64,000 nucleotides of DNA from an uncultured Microthrixaceae bacterium (GTDB lineage: Bacteria > Actinomycetota > Acidimicrobiia > Acidimicrobiales > DATDAH01): NCBI GenBank assembly GCA_963777805.1, contig CAVZRY010000002.1, positions 485,739 through 549,738 on the forward strand, written 5' to 3'. The notes under the pieces are model-generated. The model was not told where the DNA came from. It searched no databases and saw nothing but the letters and a program-made list of their open reading frames with translations. This document shows positions 61,768 through 64,000 of this stretch, piece by piece; positions within the stretch are counted from its first letter, which is position 1; every line of letters begins with the position of its first letter. The translations under genes were made by a program, and so were the position numbers.

Positions 61768-64000
61768 ATGGCGGAGCTTCACTCCGTATCCCGTCCCGTC
61801 TCCGGGACCGACAAGACCCTGTCCTTCGAGACCGGGAAGCTGGCCGGCCTCGCCGACGGCGCCGTGGTGGCCGTCATGGGCGGCACCGAGGTGCTGGCCA
61901 CCGCCACCGCCACCCGCAAGCCGCGGGAGGGGGCGGACTTCTTCCCCCTCACCGTCGACGTCGAGGAGCGCATGTACGCCGCCGGGAAGATCCCCGGCTC
62001 CTTCTTCCGCCGGGAGGGCCGGCCCACCGAGAAGGCCATCCTGTCCTGCCGCCTGATCGACCGGCCGCTGCGCCCGTCGTTCCGCGACGGCTACCGCTGC
62101 GAGACCCACATCGTGGCCACCGTGCTGTCGGTGGACGACGAGCACCCCTACGACGTCGTGGCCCTCAACGCCGCCTCGGCGGCGCTGCATGGTCAGCCCG
62201 ATCCCCTTCCTCGGCCCCATCGGCGCCGTGCTCATGGCCTTACGCCGACGGGCGCCTGGATCCCCATGGCCACCTACCCGCAGCTCGAGAAGGCCGTCTT
62301 CTCCAGATGGTCGTGGCCGGCAAGCGCACGACGACGGCGGCATCGCCATCGCCATGGTCGAGGCCGGGGCCACCGAGAACGCCCTGGCGGCTCGTCGCCG
62401 AGGCAGGCGCCCCCGGTGGACGAGGCGATCGGTCGCCCGGGCCTCGAGGAGGCCAAGGCCCACATCGCCCGGCTCATCGACCTGCAGCTGGAGCTGCGGG
62501 CCGCGGTGGGCGAGATCCCGCGTCGTCGAGTTCCCCGTCACCCCCGACTACACCGACGAGCTGCTCGCCAGGGTGATCGAGGCCGCCGCCCCGCCGTCTC
62601 GCCGAGGTGGTGCGATCGCCCCCAAGCAGGAGCGCCAGGCCGCCGAGGACGCCGCCCGTGAGGCCACGCTGGCCGAGCTGGGCATCGGGGCCGACCACGA
62701 GGACTTCGCCGGCCGCCGAGCCGCGCCTTCAAGCACGGCCGACCAAGAAGGCCATGCGCCGCCGGGTGGTCGAGGAGGGCATCCGCCTCGACGGCCGCCG
62801 GCATCGACGAGGTGCGGCCCATCTCCGTCGGAGGTGGGCGTGGTGGCCCGGGCCCACGGGTCCGGCCTGTTCCAGCGGGGCGAGACCCAGGTCCTCAACG
62901 TGACCACGCTGGGCATGCTGCGCATGGAGCAGATGCTCGACACGATCTCGTGTCGAGGACTCCAAGCGCTACATGCACCACTACAACTTCCCGCCCTTCT
63001 CCACCGGCGAGGTCGGCTTCATGCGGGGCCCCAAGCGCCGCGAGATCGGCCACGGCGCCCTGGCCGAGAAGGCGGTGCTCCCGGTGATCCCCACCACGGA
63101 GCAGTTCCCCTACGCGCTTCCGCCTGGTGTCCGAGGTGCTCTCCTCCAACGGCTCCTCCTCGATGGCGCTCGGTCTGCGGGTCGAGCCTCTCGCTGATGG
63201 ACGCCGGGGTGCCCATCGCCGCCGCCGTCGGCGGGGTGGCCATGGGCCTCATCGCCGCACGAGGGCGGGTACATCACCCTCACCGACATCATCGGGGCCG
63301 AGGACGCCCTCGGCGACATGGACTTCAAGGTGGCCGGGACGCGGGACATGATCACCGCCCTCCAGTTGGACACCAAGGTCGAGGGCCTGCCCGCCGAGGT
63401 GCTGGCCGGGCCCTGCGATCAGGCCCGCGCCGGCCGGATGCACATCCTCGACGAGATGGACGAGGTCATCGCCGGCCCCTCGCCCGGAGTTGAACGCCTA
63501 CGGCCCCGAGGATCGAAGCGGTGCAGATCCCCATCGACAAGATCGGCGAGGTCATCGGGCCCAAGGGCAAGATGATCCGCCAGATCGAGGAGGAGACCGG
63601 CGCCACTCTCGAGATGGAGGACGACGGCACGGTGCGCATCGGCTCGCCCGACGGGGAGAGCCTCAAGAAGGCCGAAGGACTGGGTCTGGCCATCGCCTTC
63701 CCGCCGGAGGCCGAGATGGGCAAGGAGTACGAGGGCGAGATCGTCAACATCACCTCGTTCGGCGCCTTCGTCAACATCCTGCCCGGCCGCGACGGCCTGC
63801 TGCACATCTCCAAGATGGGCGGCGGCAAGCGGGTCGAGCGGGTCGAGGACGTCTTCTCCCTGGGTGACGCCATCCAGGTGCGGGTCGCGACATCGACCGC
63901 AACGGCAAGGTCAGCCTCGACCCCGCTGGGCGAGCACGGTGGTGGCGACGACGATGGCGAGGCTCCGGCCCCCCGTGAGTCCCGCGACCGCGGTGATCGT
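61768..64000 (+). CDS. pnp: Polyribonucleotide nucleotidyltransferase (PNPase), 3' end outside window, many frame switches
   Basis: [46 protein letters not shown]. Later pieces [52 protein letters not shown] ([15 protein letters not shown]) and S1 ([26 protein letters not shown]) lie in shifting frames. Confidence 0.9.

Overview
Very GC-rich, actinobacterial-type chromosome segment. It carries the classical core synteny plsX-acpP-rnc-mutM-smc ... ftsY ... ffh-rpsP-rimM-trmD-rplS-yraN ... comM-dprA ... xerC-whiG-like sigma-M23 peptidase-rpsB-tsf-pyrH-frr-cdsA-dxr-rseP-ispG-proS-rimP-nusA-ylxR-infB-rbfA-truB-ribF-rpsO-pnp. I saw no rRNA, tRNA, CRISPR array, transposase or phage genes.

Two accessory insertions break the synteny:
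- Between smc and ftsY (6.1-13.6 kb): a secreted RCC1-repeat protein, a MoxR-DUF58-VWA operon, and an MprAB/PepD-like two-component system with an HtrA-type protease.
- Between ftsY and ffh (15.4-28.4 kb): three ~1100-aa paralogues of a class-III-cyclase-like / P-loop NTPase / TPR protein, a LURP-one (tubby-like) protein, two paralogous small tail-anchored coiled-coil proteins, an esterase and a DinB-like protein. This is my best candidate for an undescribed multi-gene signalling or conflict module, and the proposal is speculative.

The clearest signal not explained by genes is non-coding:
- Eight 49-50-nt elements with a conserved GWWCTGG...CCAGWWC clamp and mostly unrelated, usually self-complementary interiors.
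- A ~170-390-bp MITE-like element family, five copies, bounded by inverted repeats with core ACGGGGGCGTGGGGTCGGGCCGCC.
- A relatively AT-rich perfect palindrome (GAGGCAATACCTT...), two copies.
- A 60-nt repeat, two copies.

Caveat: from about 13.3 kb onward, dozens of frame breaks interrupt unmistakably essential genes (ffh, ftsY, infB, dxr, ispG, trmD, pnp). The first 13 kb has none. This looks like indel error in an uneven-quality assembly. Coordinates and products for those genes are my reconstructions from ORF-track pieces.

All family assignments come from motifs recognised by eye; no database search was possible.
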